A DNA stretch of 63,825 bases, filler included, from Choristocarpus tenellus KU-1152 (lineage: Eukaryota > Protista > Phaeophyceae), in assembly GCA_964200185.2 (NCBI GenBank). It is 9 parts of 9 records of this genome, joined end to end, with 100 filler letters (N's around TTAATTAATTAA, not from the genome) between each part and the next. Parts side by side here need not be neighbours in the genome. Positions count along the whole stretch, not along the records: positions 10,398 to 18,371 come from CAXNAD020005322.1; positions 18,472 to 31,119 come from CAXNAD020001755.1; 7 more parts are not named here. One strand, written 5' to 3'. Shown piece after piece: positions 13,643 to 27,800 of the stretch. The stretch's first letter is position 1, and each line of letters opens with the position of its first letter. The notes beneath the pieces are model-generated. The model saw only the letters and a list, made by a program, of their open reading frames with translations, had not been told where the DNA came from and searched no databases. A program made the position numbers and the translations under genes.

Positions 13643-15289
13643 GCTCTAATGCACGGTGATCTACCTTCACAGTAGGTGGTGTGGCCGTACAAAGGAAGGT
13701 TACAGGTAGGTTGATTTTCAAGTTCAAATCCAGTGTTCTTCAGATTCAGAAGCATATGACTGGATTGGGGCAATCTGACTCAAGAACATATTCACATGAT
13801 GAAGCAAAAGAGGGTATGTTTTAGCTTTTAGCTTTCTTGTCCCTCCTATAAGCATGGCAACTAGAGGAATCTGCTTGCTATTCTTACTATTCCTCAACCT
13901 TTTCCTTGGTCTTCATTGTCCTGTCGTGTTTGCTGGTTGTGGTTACTCCACACCCTTGAAGCAAATTTCAAAAAGCCACAACTCTATGGCTCTCTAACAT
14001 TCACAATCAGGAAATCAACTCTGGGCACTTCAGTCTTTGCCACAGTTGCATCCCACCACTGTTACTATATTGGCATGATGTTTACACCGTTTTCCAAGCC
14101 GCCAACTCGTTCGTGCCAAAACAAAACATAAAACATTCCTTTGCCACATCCATCAATATTCTCTTGGGCTTGACTAATTCTGACAACTGGGACTGCAATC
14201 ATGACCTTTCGACGCTTCGTAAACTGTTCATTGCATGTAGCTTCCCATGCACACCACATGGATTCTGTTCAAGCAGCAAACACCTCTCTAGTTTTTCTTC
14301 TGTCACCTATTAAAAGAGGCAAGGTCCATGCACAGAGAGAGAGGCTTCCAATCATAGAGGAAAGAAAACAAGCTTTTCTTTGGTTGTCAAGAAAGCATGG
14401 TGAGCAAACATACAAACACAATGCATCCATTATTGAAATATGCCCCTATCTTTGCATGAAGCATCCAAACGCCATAAACCTATACAAATGTTATGGTGTT
14501 ACTAAGAAATGCATAGATTACATGGTCAACTCGTTCACCTCATCTGATAAACGAAATCAAAATTAGCAGTTTAGTCTTGCACCATACCCCAAAATAACTC
14601 TCACTCTCAGCAGTCAAGATCCAGTGCCAATTTTGTGGCACTCATGCCTCAATCCTTTTGCCTTTTCAGCACAAGATGGTGTGGGTGCATACGGATGACA
14701 ATATTTCTTGGTTGTTACATAAATTGATTTCATACCTTCAACTTTCATCACTCCAGAACAGAGAATCCTGATAGAGGTCAATATTATAAAATGTCACGTT
14801 TACTCAAAAGAAAGTACTCAAAAGACCACATATTACAGCAACTTTCTGCACCTCTCAAACCATGATACCAACAATCACTAAAAATATTTACAAATACCAC
14901 CAGTACGTACAGACGTATCATGGTGAGGATGTAGACAGGTCGGTGTGTCCAAGCCACATAATAACCGTTTGAAAATGTCTCTGCGTTTGGCAAGGGTCTA
15001 GGAAACTATCTGTATCCATATACTGCGAAGACCCCACTGATGATCTTTGAGGGGACACCCACCCAGAAAACATCTCGTACCCGTTGACCTTACCTATCTA
15101 CCACTTTCAGTCCGTTTTATTCTCATTCTTGGGTGTGCGTGCTGAGTTGAACTTGGAAAAGGCACAGTATGGCTCATATTTTCTGGGATTGCAGGAATCT
15201 GCCCTACATTTTCAACTCTAGGTCTTAGATGATGATTTGTTCAAGGCTCAGCACAGTGTCTCATATGCTACACTTCACATTTCTAGGCC

Positions 15290-16300
15290 AGTCTCAGAAA
15301 CATATATCACATTTTTGGTGAGCGAAACAGTTGGGAGGTTACTGTCTAGTTGGGTGGATGTCCCTGTCTGTGGTGACTGTTCAGAGTATGACATGGATGC
15401 TTTCAGTGGCAGCAGGGGATGCCACCCTGCCATGATGGGCATTAAGCGATGCAACAAGCGATCAATGTGACTTTTGGGGGTGTGGCACCAGTAGCAGGGG
15501 AAATCGTTTCTTGATGGGGATAGAACAATGTGCGGTGGTGCGGGGAGTGAGGCCCCTCTGTGGTTTATTCCTGACACCCTTCTATGGATCCCTGATGATG
15601 ATCAGGGTCTGCAAAAATGCCGGATGACATGTGCTTAGGAGGATAGTATGCCTGGGCTGTGACAATACAGCAACTCAATGGACACTATACCTGTTTATCT
15701 AAGGAGGCAGATGTGGACGAGTTTGTGCATCACTGTTCTATCTGCATGGATTTAAAGGCTGGTAAGTGTTGTATCCAGACCTTGCAGGGAGATGGTACAT
15801 GTCAAGATTACTGGGCAGGTTCGTCTTGATCACCATCATGTGGGAGAAAGTGAGGCACCAGAATGAGTTGACAAGTCAAGTCTAAGTACTTTTTTGTCGT
15901 GTTGGATAATCTGAGCAGCTTCACATGGCTAAATCCTGCTACAACATGCATTGCTGTTATCACAGCAAAGGATTTGGACAAGTGGTGGCTGTGGTACAGT
16001 TGGGGTACAGTGAGGTGTCGGTGAGTAACAGAGCATCGCATTTTAGGAACAAGGTGCTGAGGATGATGCAGGATTTGTTCGGTATAGCCCACCATTTCCA
16101 TGTGGTCAGCTCTGCGTGGTACCACTGTGCTCACGGTGGTATGGATGTTTAAAGTCATGTTGAATGAGGTGTGACGCCTCTTTCTGCGTGGGTGGATTAG
16201 GTGCCAGCACTTCAGTGCCCCTTGGATACGGATCATCGTCAGCACATGGGTGCTAGCCCATATAAAGTTATGTTTGGTAAACTGCCTCTTAACATGATCT
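15290..16300 (+). mobile_element. Heavily decayed Ty3/gypsy pol relic (RNase H end, H2C2 linker, integrase core)
   Basis: Fragments across frames: GRLLSSWVDVPV; LWIPDDDQGLQ; EADVDEFVHHCSICMDLKAGK; YFFVVLDNLSSFTWLNPATTCIAVITAKDLDKW; VSNRASHFRNKVLRMMQDLFGIAHHF. Many stops and frameshifts. Confidence 0.7.
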
Positions 16301-18371
16301 CAAGTGTGGGTAGCTCAAGCGACAGCATATTTTCTGCTCTGCCTATGATCCCTAACATGTGATACTCAAGGAGCAATTGCCTAGGAGGAGATAGTTACAT
16401 AAGGCGGTGCTGAAGAGAGTAGAGTAGTCATTGAAAGCACTGTGATACACAGAGTAGGAGTAAAAGATACCCAACTTTCTGCAGATTTTGTGGGACAAAC
16501 CTACTAAGAGGGGGGGCCAATACATTTTGAGGGTCCCTTTGATTGCCTGGTGGCCAATGTGTTAGAAAACACTATGGGTCCATTTTCACTGATTTGTGGG
16601 GATATTCAGTTTGTAGAAGCAACATCATCTCCATTTTGATGCCCTTTTTTTCGTATCCCATATTGTCTTTGGTCTGTTTGTTATGTGTGTGACTATGGTG
16701 TGTTTTATGTGCAACTTCGCTGATTTAGGAACTTTTTCTCAAGACATGTATTTCTCTTGGGAGGTGTGGTTTCGATGTGTATTGTTTCTGGCATGAAAAT
16801 TTTGTGAGAGATAAGGGTTCAAAGCTTTGCTGCAAATTTGAAATGCAGAGTTTGTTTGTGGCAGCATTTGTTGATGTAGTTGGAAAATGCATGAAAACAA
16901 ATATGGAACGAAAAGAGTACTTGAAATATTCCTGTATCCAAGCACCATGCTGTTAATTATTTAGGTTGATTGATGGTTAAATACTACCATGTATATTAGT
17001 GAAGAAAGTGCGACGTAATCCATCATATATATATATATATATATATGATTGGGCATGTCCAACTTCAACCAAGTGTACACATTGAGGCTAAGGAGTTCCA
17101 ATAGGATGGAGGAGATGCCTCCTACTACCTCAGACATCGAATGAAATTTTCCCGCCTACCTCAAACATCAAAATACACTCACACCCTGTGTTGTACAGGA
17201 ACACATAAATGTCCTGTGGTACCTGCGATACAACGTAACATGAAAAACATGCCCTTACGTCACTAACTGCTCTCATTTCTCATCTTCTACAAGAGGTACT
17301 GACACCTTATTCCTGAGTTGACCCCATCATATCCAGTGCTTAATTGTAAGCAGTTTTGCCCTGTTTGATTCATCCACCAGCTTTCCACAGCCAGATATCT
17401 CTCAATAGAATGTGTCAGAGGTGTCTAGAGGATGATTTAATGTATGGTTCTGACACGAGTTTTCCAAAGGAGACAGCTTTCCTAGAATTGAGCCGGCCGA
17501 TGTCATCATCTGACAAACACCTCTATGATGTCATGCTAGGAAACCATCCATATCAGCAAATGTTTTGGTGCATTGGACAAGAACGGGTGTACCAGTGCCA
17601 TTCTAGACCAAAAACAGGTACAGCAGAAAACAAGAAAATGCCTCTGTCACCCGACCCCTGCTAAAATCGTCCTGCACCTGTTCTCAACCCCAAGTTGACA
17701 GGTACACTACACATCCCTTGCTTGTCTACTCTCCACATCGCTCACCTATTTCTGCCTCCTTTTGCTCAAATCTGTAACTGTTTTCACTCATTGTAAGAAA
17801 TACTCTAATTGGATTAACAATACAATCTTTCCGTCCAATACACCTCATACACCCACACATGATTCAAATATTCATATTTCATCTTCATCTACAGACAACT
17901 TTTACATGTCATTTCTGATGTCCATCACCATCTTATGAATAAAGAAAAAAGGGCAACCAACTAACTCACAGAAAGGTAGGTAGGATAAGGATGTAGTGGT
18001 GATGAATCATGAAAGAGCTCACTATACTCTACATACATTTGGTTCCTGTATCCATACATGGATTGCTCATTGGACCACTCATTAGTGAACATGAGCATGT
18101 CCCCATCACATACACAATGAGACCATTCTGATCACTTCCTGTGTCAAGCAAAAACATGGTTGCGAAAGGAGTAGATTGTAAAAAGGTGAATGTTGAAAGT
18201 ACCTGAATTGAAAAAGTAAAATAAATATGGAATTGCAACTATTTCTGACTCGTCAATGCATCATCACACCTACAGAGGCATGGTTCATAGGACTTGTTAC
18301 AGAATTTGTAGAATCCCAAGCCTTGTTATTGAAATATGTAGATTGATACCTTCTCAGTTATGTTGTAGGAG

Positions 18372-18471
18372 NNNNNNNNNNNNNNNNNNNNNNNNNNNNN
18401 NNNNNNNNNNNNNNNTTAATTAATTAANNNNNNNNNNNNNNNNNNNNNNNNNNNNNNNNNNNNNNNNNNNN
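18372..18471. other. Artificial contig linker
   Basis: N44-TTAATTAATTAA-N44. Confidence 0.98.
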
Positions 18472-18954
18472 CCCCACCCACCCAGATACTTCTAGCCAAA
18501 ATCAAGCCTAACTTGCCACCATGATGCAGGTTTTTTTACACAATTTTTTGGTTTAGCAATATCCTGGAGATTGCAGGTGTACTGTTCTGGTATTACCATG
18601 TTTATTGAAAAGAAAATCTGATTTGGACGGGGTCTGATGAAACCCACACTTTCACTGACTATAGCTGTCAGACTAACATTGAGCCACAAGGAAACCTTGG
18701 ATCATGTGTAAGCGCATTGTGTTGGTAGAACATTGCGTTTTGTATAGTAGATCTCTTGAGCTCTGATTGCGTTCAAGAGTGTTCCTATGTGTTAACCATT
18801 GTTGTGTTGTCCATTCTGCACCAATTTTTCAGTCAAGTTATGACAAGGAACATGCCTTACATCTACTTACTCTTCCCCTCCAAATGCAAATTAATCCAAC
18901 TATATTCCTTCTGCCTGTTTGGATGTCGATGTGCTACTTGTGCACTTTATGCAG

Positions 18955-21900
18955 TCCTTTCTGCATGCAGAGGACTTCCGCACTGTCTGCATCGACGGAA
19001 AGCTCAGTAACAAGCAGCGAAAGGAATCCCTGATGAACTTCAGCAGCACTAATCCTGACAGCCCAGAGGTGAGAGACTGGGACAGCATTTCAGGGTCACT
19101 GTGTTGCCTCTGCTCCGCTCAAGCATTGCATTTACTAGAGGCTGGAGTTGTGTTGTTTTGAGGTTTCTTCTCCTTACTTCAGGACTTTCCAGTTCTAAGA
19201 CTTTTTCTCTCAAAAGTGTTCATTCATCTCTAGCAAAAATCCTCATCCAAAATTCACAACAACAAAATATGTACTACTTTCGTTTTTTTAAATTAATTTG
19301 CTGTGTTTGATTTTTCTGGGAAGGGGCGGCCTGAAGGCACAAATGCCTATTGCACACTGTAGGAATAAACAGTTCTCTGCGTACAAGATAAATCTTCCTC
19401 CTCTTGGTCATCAATCTTGCCAACACTTTGATTAATAAATCAGTCCATTCCCCCCAAACATCGTACAACTCAGGTGATGCTGGCAAGCCTTACGGCAGCA
19501 GGCACTGTCATCAACCTCACATCGGCCAACCACCGTTTCATCAGTGATTGTAAGACTCCCCTCCCTAACATCTCACCAAAATGATGTGCTTTACCTCAAA
19601 ATTCTTCACCTCTCTGTATACTCTTCACTATGCATTTATATATTTATATACTTCCTCCGTTCGGAATTAAATGTAACATAACTTTTGGAAGACCCCTTCT
19701 TGCCCGGGAATGACCCATGCCATAAACCCTCTGGACGAGGCTTTGTCCTCATATAGATTGTGAGGCGTGCAAAGTTTGAGATAGTGGGCTTGTTAAGTTG
19801 TCCTTGACGATCTGTTGTCCCACACAACTAGTTATATTATTTTTTATTAGCTTGTACCACAGTTGAGAAGAGAGTGAGATACCTTCACTAGGTGGGGCTC
19901 ACCAGTCCTTACACTTAATGACTCAGAATACCAAATGACTCAACGTATCTCTAGTACACGTCAGAAACACTCCGACTATAATAGTCCGCCGATTACTTCT
20001 GGTCAAACACCCCGCCTAAATATCCCGAATGTTCCGCATTATCTTCTGTGCGTACATAAAATAATACTTCAAATCATATTCTCACAAATGGTCAAGCATA
20101 ACTTGACAGGGCTGTCATTACTGTAGAGAATCACCAGTGCAAAGTCGACCAAGTCACATTTGACAGGGTTCAAAAACCTCATCAAACTGTCAAAACAGAT
20201 ATTTATTGGGATGCCTACGATGAAGAACCCATCGTTTAAGGAACTCGCTCATCCCATCGTCGATCGTCAGTCCCAATTCTTTGACTCAGAAGTATGTCAG
20301 GGGTCAGGACTCAAACACCCCAACAAAGAACAGCATGGTGGTGTGAAGCCTAGAGGCAAGAGAGTGTGAGACTTGGATGCATCAGGGACGGCAGTTGTCA
20401 TTGTGGAGAACCTCAGAATTTCCTGAATCACCCATGTTCTGTCATCTGAAGGATGAAGACAGTCAGATTGTACTGGGTGAATATATGGACCTTGTATGAC
20501 GTCGCAAGGGATGATGTGGCCGCAATAGAAGTACCCTTGACGTTTGGGATGTCCCATCAGTGCACCGCACATCCTTCCACAAATGGAAACGCGAGAAGGT
20601 CAAGTGATAGATAAAGCCAGTCCTCTCAGACCAGCAGAAAGTCAACAGGGTGGGTTTCATCATCAGCCATACATACAGGAGGGGGGGGAGTGGGATATTA
20701 GTGGACGATCTGTATGACTGGGTACGTGTGGACAAGATGTGTACCTGCACCCCAATGAGGACCCCCCCCAAACCCCCATGAGCACAGAATAAGTGTTACA
20801 TTATGGAGGTGAGTCGAATTAAAATGAGGTACCCAGAGCTGCGTTTTAAGGATACCAGAACATTTTCCGAATTGTGTGAGAAAAGTATCAAGGTGCTTGT
20901 GCCAGCCACGGTGGACAGGTTGAGATGTGTAAGAATCTCATAATCAAGGATGCCATTCAGGTAATCGATAGTCACATGCCTAGGCCGGAAGGTCACACCA
21001 TCTACATGCAGCAGGCGGGGAAAAGCCACACACCAAGGGGGGGGATCATGAAGGCAATTCAAGGAGGCGACAGGTGACGACATTGTCATAGAGATCCAGT
21101 CAGCCAACTTACCTGACCTCAACGTCAACAACCTGAAATTCTTTCATTCCATCCAGCAACTGAAGGAAGACGTGGGGGCAACCAACACAGAGGAGCTGGT
21201 GGAGGCCACAATGGAGGTGTTCGATGTGTACCTCCGGGAGACGCTAGAGCACATCTGGTAGAGCCTCTTCAGTCTATGGTGAAGTGCTGGGGTCCAAGGG
21301 GGACACTGTCTTCAAATTTCTCCATCTTAACAAGGAAGGGCTGAGAAGGCGGGCAAGCTCCCCCCAAATGCCCCAGTGGATGTGGGCGAAATACAATGCT
21401 CGAATGGAGTTTTGGAGTGCTTTGGGGGCAGAATCATAGATAGGTGTAGGCTGCCCCATTTTGCTTGATATTTTGGTGGGCAACCTTTTTTAGTATCTGC
21501 ACAATGCACCCATAAAATATGAACATGTGAAGAAAAAGTCTCTTGCCTTTTTTATCGGAGCTGCAAAACTCATGTTACATTTCATCCCAAACGGAGGAAG
21601 TATGTATATGCCAGCTAGAGAATAAAACATCCTTGAGAACCCTACTGCAAACCCTACCTCCCCCTCTCCCCATAGCATGGTGGAATGCAAGTGTGGAGCA
21701 GCAGGCCATGGACCGTGTGCACCGCATTGGCCAAACCAAACCTCTCCAGGTTGTGAGACTGGTAGCTGCTGACAGCGTGGAGGAACATATTCTAAAGATA
21801 CAGGAGGCAAAGCAGGCACTTGGCACAGGTGTACTGAGAAAGGTATGTTGTGTGTTGTGTGTGTGTGTGTGTATGCATGTTTGGGTTATGTTTTGAGTTG

Positions 21901-22513
21901 AGATATTTGCCCATATATAGTGTGCCCTCTACTGTCCGGGTCCTGTTCTATCAGATGCAAGTGTAGAGAAAAAAAGGTTTTTACGACTCATCTGTGATCC
22001 CTATCTCTCCTTCTCCATGGTTGCACAAATATGGTTTGTGTTACTGGACACTTCCATCAACTTTTTCGACAGTTCAAGTTTGGAAAGTAACACAATAATG
22101 TGGGTGACTCTCAATCACAACAACTTTTGGGCCTTGATTGATCTCTTGTACATGTGAACCCTGAATTCAGTCTGAGTACATGTACAGTACTACTTAGGGA
22201 TAGCAGGAAAAAGGAACCCTAGAAGTTCACCCAAATTATCTGGAAGTTGCTGGGAAAGACATATGAAGACTGTCCAACTGTACTACATGAATTGCTTATG
22301 CTGCACTCACCTGTTGCCTCCATTGTTCTACACTTTTGTGTTGTGGACTCTCAGCTATCGCCTGAAGAGCTACGTGCCTCACGCATTTCTGACTTGCGTA
22401 ACATTTTTGAGTGCTCAACTATATCATGCAGTGGTATCTCATTGCCCACACCAGCCTCCCAGTCCTACACATGTGGAGCTCAACAATGTGCATGCCCCAA
22501 ACTGTTGCTCTAA
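18955..22513 (+). CDS. 3' exons of a SNF2-family helicase (Rad5/Rad16/HLTF-like), HELICc domain; possibly decaying
   Basis: Exons 18955-19068, 19474-19549, 21676-21842, 22355-22513, GT-AG and phase-matched: ...VCIDGKLSNKQR..., VMLASLTAAGTVINLTSANHRFISD, SWWNASVEQQAMDRVHRIGQTKPLQVVRLVAADSVEEHILKIQEAK, ISDLRNIF. Confidence 0.85.
19651..21600 (+). mobile_element. Full-length but decayed plant-type (DD39D/Stowaway-related) mariner transposon inside a SNF2 intron
   Basis: TA|CTTCCTCCGTTCGGAATTAAATGTAACATAACTTTTG at the left end and CAAAACTCATGTTACATTTCATCCCAAACGGAGGAAG|TA at the right end (imperfect ~37-bp TIR, TA TSD). Relic transposase fragments: LYDWVRVDK, IYMQQAG, IQSANLPDLNVNNLKFFHSIQQL, EELVEATMEVFD. 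Confidence 0.85.
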
Positions 22514-24850
22514 CAGTACATTAAAGCACACAGGTTGGGCAGGATGTTAGGGACTGGAGTGAGGGAGAGGAGGTAGAGCTGAGAGTCGGTGACGGCTGTC
22601 CTCAAAGTCAAGAGGGTGTGTGCTTAGGACAAGGGCAACGGATGATGATCTGTTTGTAATTGTTGACCTTTCCGCTTCCATCTACTTCCAACTTTATTCT
22701 ACTCAATAGCCACGGTAGCGAGGTAGGGTGTATTCAAAGCAACCATGAGGAGGACTGTCTTTTTCATAAAACTATTTTTTTACATTGTGCCCTTTCTTGT
22801 AGTTTGTCTTCAAGAGGGCGACATCAGATTCCTTTTCAGTGAAGAGTGTATCATGTCATTTGTGTAACAATGTTTTGCGATAGAGGTATACTGGTTATTG
22901 TTATTACAAGCGTGTGAACGGGTTTGTCAACATCAAGGAAAGGACAGAAAAGAATAGGAAGTCAATCGCTAGCACAGGTGGTGTTGAAGGCTCCTAACCT
23001 TGGTAACTAATCTCAACATATCACTTCATAATTATTCTCAAACAAGTTCAGTAAGAAATTCATGCCCTTTCATTGAATGATGACCTCGGATTTCGCTCCA
23101 TCCCCACACAGCTTTAATAGGAAATATCAGGTCTACACCAAAATACACATGAAAAAGCAAGCACTTGCAGGCAACAGGGTAAAAAAATATAATATTGCCA
23201 GGATTGGTGGGATGGGTGACAGACGAATTTTAGGAGATGTATCGATTTGGTTGCCATATCCTGGAGGAAAAGGCAAAACATGGGGTGTGATGTGATGCCT
23301 TTTTTCTTTTGTCATTTATTCATACAATCATCAAAAAATTGCATGCTGTCCTTGGTAGCGCTGGGGTGACACTATCCCATAGACTACATTCCCATCCATG
23401 GTTCCTCAACACCAAATTCTGATAAAAAGCTGAGAAAAAATTCATAGCACATGCTGTTCTATTGTCTGTGTTGCCACCAAAACTTCCAATTTCAATTGAC
23501 ACCAATCTTCGGTTTGACATCAAAATCGCCAGTTTGACCATTTTTCGGTTATAGATTTGTTGCAATGGTATGCAACTGAAACTGTCACAATTGTAGTTTT
23601 GTCTGTATACCAACACATCTCTGTGTCCCCCAAAATTGTTCATGGTATTTCACAGCATGGAGACCTCTTGTGTAGTTTGCAAATCAGTGGCAGGATTAGT
23701 TGGCGTGATAAAATAAATGTATATTGTTTTTGTAAGTAATATTAATAAATGATCAGAGCTAGAACTAATCTTTACCTGGTGCAAAACCTATGTATTGTCT
23801 GTAACCAACAAGAACACAACATGAAAAGCAGTTCCCCACAATGAAAACACCGACACACCACCACCACTTGCAAGCTGCATTGGACACCTTAAAGATAATG
23901 CCAATATGAACTGGAAGATTAAAAAAACCTTCCCCTACAACCACAAGCAGCGACCAAGGCCATTTTCTCAAGTAACACAAACCAGAAGGAGATAAACCCT
24001 CACAAAATGCTGCCTCTGACAAAATCCCTCCCCAGCATCAACAGTTGGAGGTATCAAGTGCCTACAGTAATGGTTCCACAAACCACTATTAACAAAGTCT
24101 GTCAGTCAGGTAGTTCATGCTTGACCACCTGCTAAGACTAAAAGCAATTCTTTAGTCAGCACTCTGCAATTTCCAATCTCGGGTCACAAACCAAGTGAAT
24201 CTATTCATATTCACAACACCCATTACGTAGAGAGCTCTAGACTATACCCCCAGAAAAATTGGTTGCTTCTTCAGCAGCAACAGACCTTGCAAGGTAGGGA
24301 AGGGCTTGTGCATAACACGGTACGACCACGTACAATAGCATTGAACACATTATCACATTACTTACACCACTACCGGTACATATCGTAACGTCGTAACCCC
24401 CAGCCACTACCAATTTTTTACTGCACAGATATATTGAAAATACTCAGCCTGTGCGGAAAAAATACTTGGAAGTCTTAACCAGCGGTTAAGACTTGGCGTA
24501 TTTGCATATTCATGAAGACAGATCGTATCTAGAACTGGGATCATCAACAATATCATATCAAAGCCGCCCTCACCTAATAAAGCTACATGCATCTGCCTGA
24601 CCGAGTGTTGTCAATTTATCAGATAAGCATACTAGATGAGCATACTGTGAGGGTACAAAAACAGGAACAGAGGTGGAATGTTACATGCACACAAAGGTGT
24701 GTAACTTATTCCTAAGCGTGGTCAACTGAACTCAGCAGGGCATACCAAACCTTTAGCACTAAAGGGAGGGGCATAAAAATGGAAGATAACAATCAATCAC
24801 AATTAAGATAGACTTGGTACACATTACCGGTTGAGAGCTGGGTACCAGGA

Positions 24851-27800
24851 TCATGACACCCTGCAATTTCTCTCACGATTCTGGTCACTTCCTCCCCAGT
24901 GGTTATTGCCACTATGAAAGCTTTCTACATGTGCCACAAGCTCAGTAGGGTCAGAGATAACCACCTCACAGAAGGGGCATGAGCCTCCTTGTCCTTCCCC
25001 TGCCCCCCTGCCTGATCCAGCCCTTGCCTGCTTACCCTCTTCTTGTTGCTGGATAGGCAAGGAACATGGCAGATGGGGGCTTCATGGGTAAAGAGATGTG
25101 GTCGCATCATTACCTTTTCATTTGAGAACGTCAACCCTATCCATTACCCTGAACCCAACCTAGAAAAGATGTCTCACCAATACCTGGTTATGATATTGGA
25201 GTTCAAGAGAGTTCACACATCGCACATGAGAATGGAAGTCGTCCACATGGGCAACCAGAGCAGCGACATCCCCAAAGCTGGCTCCACATTGAGGGCAAAC
25301 TTCCTGTCCAATTCCATCTCCACCTCCGCCACTCGTAACTACTCCACCAACCCTAACCTGTTCTACCCCCCCCCCAATGCACCTGCGATCTGCTGTGCCC
25401 TAAGGAGAGGTTGGGAAGGAAAGACCAAGGTGGAATAAGGAGCACAAACCTGCAGTCTTTCCCTACAGCATTGCATGTAGGAAGAAGACCTGCTCTCACC
25501 CTCTTAAACCATGCCACGAAACTCTGAAGATAGTGCGTGAGAGTGGCCAGAAAAGTCAAGCACTAGACACAGCATAGTAGGTGTGAAGAGGTTCCACTTG
25601 TGGATATGGTCCATCAACTCGAAATCAATGAGCAGTGATGAGGACCATCTCACAACCATAATATGTACCTACCAGAATGAAAATACAAGAATGATCATAC
25701 AAGTATTGTTGAAGTGAAAGAGTCACCAAACAACGAGCGAACCAAGGGCCTTGCAAGAACTGGAAACACTGAACCCATCAACCATTTCAGACCAGAGTAG
25801 ATGTGGGGGGGGGGGGGGTGGAGGGTGTTCTTATTTTCATGTGATTTGTGTTACTGGGTACAGCAGGCGTAGAGACACCTTGCACAATGTTTTTCTCCTG
25901 CCAGATGTCCTTGATCCTTTCACACTGGATGGTGGGTACCTGAAACAAGGGCACAGGATCTACAGTGGATGTCACATGTGTCCCATCTCCTAAGCTGCAA
26001 GGGGTAGGGTACATCGCTCATGGCCTCATCCACTTGTGCAACAGGTTCATCACAACAGCAGATCCAGGAACATCCGGTGCAGTTCCTACTTGAAACTGGT
26101 GCACTGAACTATCCCCTGGCCATCAATGTTCAACCAGTAGGCACTCCTTGGTCCACCGTAATAAACCATGGAAAGCAATACTCTATGCACTACAGGCTGG
26201 CACTCAGCATAGATGTGCAGATGTAGTTACAAAGGAGGGGAAGGCCTGCAAAGCATGCTCCAACCTCACCTTCAACTCTAATGTCACTGGCATCCTTGAA
26301 TGTGCGACCTGGTCCATGCAAGACAAAGCCTAGCGCCTCACAGACAGACAGCTAACCCACAGATGGTTAGCTAAAAACACTACACCAGCTCTAGGAAATA
26401 CTGCCTCTGCAATATGTCAATTCAGACAAGTTGTTACATACGGCCAGAGATGCAGACATCTAATAAACGCACAACAACTGCCATCCTAATCTCTATGGAT
26501 AACATTCCAGATGTGAAACATATCCTGTGCTACATGCCTTGCATTGACTGCTTCAGCAAGTCTAGGATTGTTAAAGAATGCCTCACTCCAGACAGTACTT
26601 CGGCAAAGAAATCGTTCAGGCCTGGAATGCTATCCTTAGATATTGGAAGTGCAATACATTCTTACACGTCTACATGTTAGACCATCAGCAACAGCTTCTT
26701 ATCCGCATTGAAGTACTCCAGACAGTACATGCTTTGCAATTACACACACTATCGATAGAGTATTAATGCTCCCTTAAGAATAGGTTCTATGTCTACCATG
26801 GATGACAACAGACAAGAACAGAGGTGAGTGATCAGCCCCCACCCTGATTGATGGAGATAATGGGCAGTTGAGTCTATATTGAGGAGGCTGATACTAGCGG
26901 GTGATTCGGAATACAAGAAAAAATTATTTGGAAACATATGTGAACTTCTCCAGTCTGAGGAGACTAAGAAGGAAATCTCAAACAGACCCCACAAGCTCGC
27001 TGGGTCCACCAGCTGGTAGCAGTCAGGAGTGGTTTCAACAATGTGCAGTGACAGTTACCCACTGCAAGCATCTGGAATACCTTATACAAATGTACTCTAG
27101 TACTCTTTCCCGGGACTTTGACATATGCATAGCATTTTCAAGTGCTTGGAGAAATACACAGACTGTTAGTATCTAAACCCATATAGATGCATCTAAAATA
27201 GAGTAACCTACACCAAGAGTTTCCTTGGTCTGCAGGAGGAGAGCAAGTTTTATTAAAGATACTCTTGACACACACGCGTGCGCGCGCGCACATATACATA
27301 CACACACACACACAAGTGACATTGAATCATTCAACATTGCAGTTCAATGAGAAGACTTTGGTTTGTACTGCATCTATTTTCAACATATTTTTGTGCCACT
27401 CCCAGAGGGTAACACAACGCTTTCCATAAAGTTAGGAATGTGGAGGCACCCTGAACCATGGGCATTCCAGACCAGGGAAATTACACAAGTCGACCTCGAT
27501 GCACAGTATTAATGTATTTCACAATGTAGTAACCCCATAGAGGGTAACTCCTGCGGCCTTGTTGTGAGCAAGAACATGGTAAGATCCCTTCAAATTGCCC
27601 TCATCAATATTCAGATTGTTCTAGAGCATTCTGGTGCATTAATGAGGACTCCTGTTTAAAATCATTGGAAAAAATTACTCTTACTAAAGATGGAAACATA
27701 AACTTTCATCACTGTGCAAATTTAACCTTCAAAATATTACAGTATCCTCCCTGATGAAGGTTTGTGTCTCACTCAGTTTCTTAAAAATAGCCAGCCTCTC

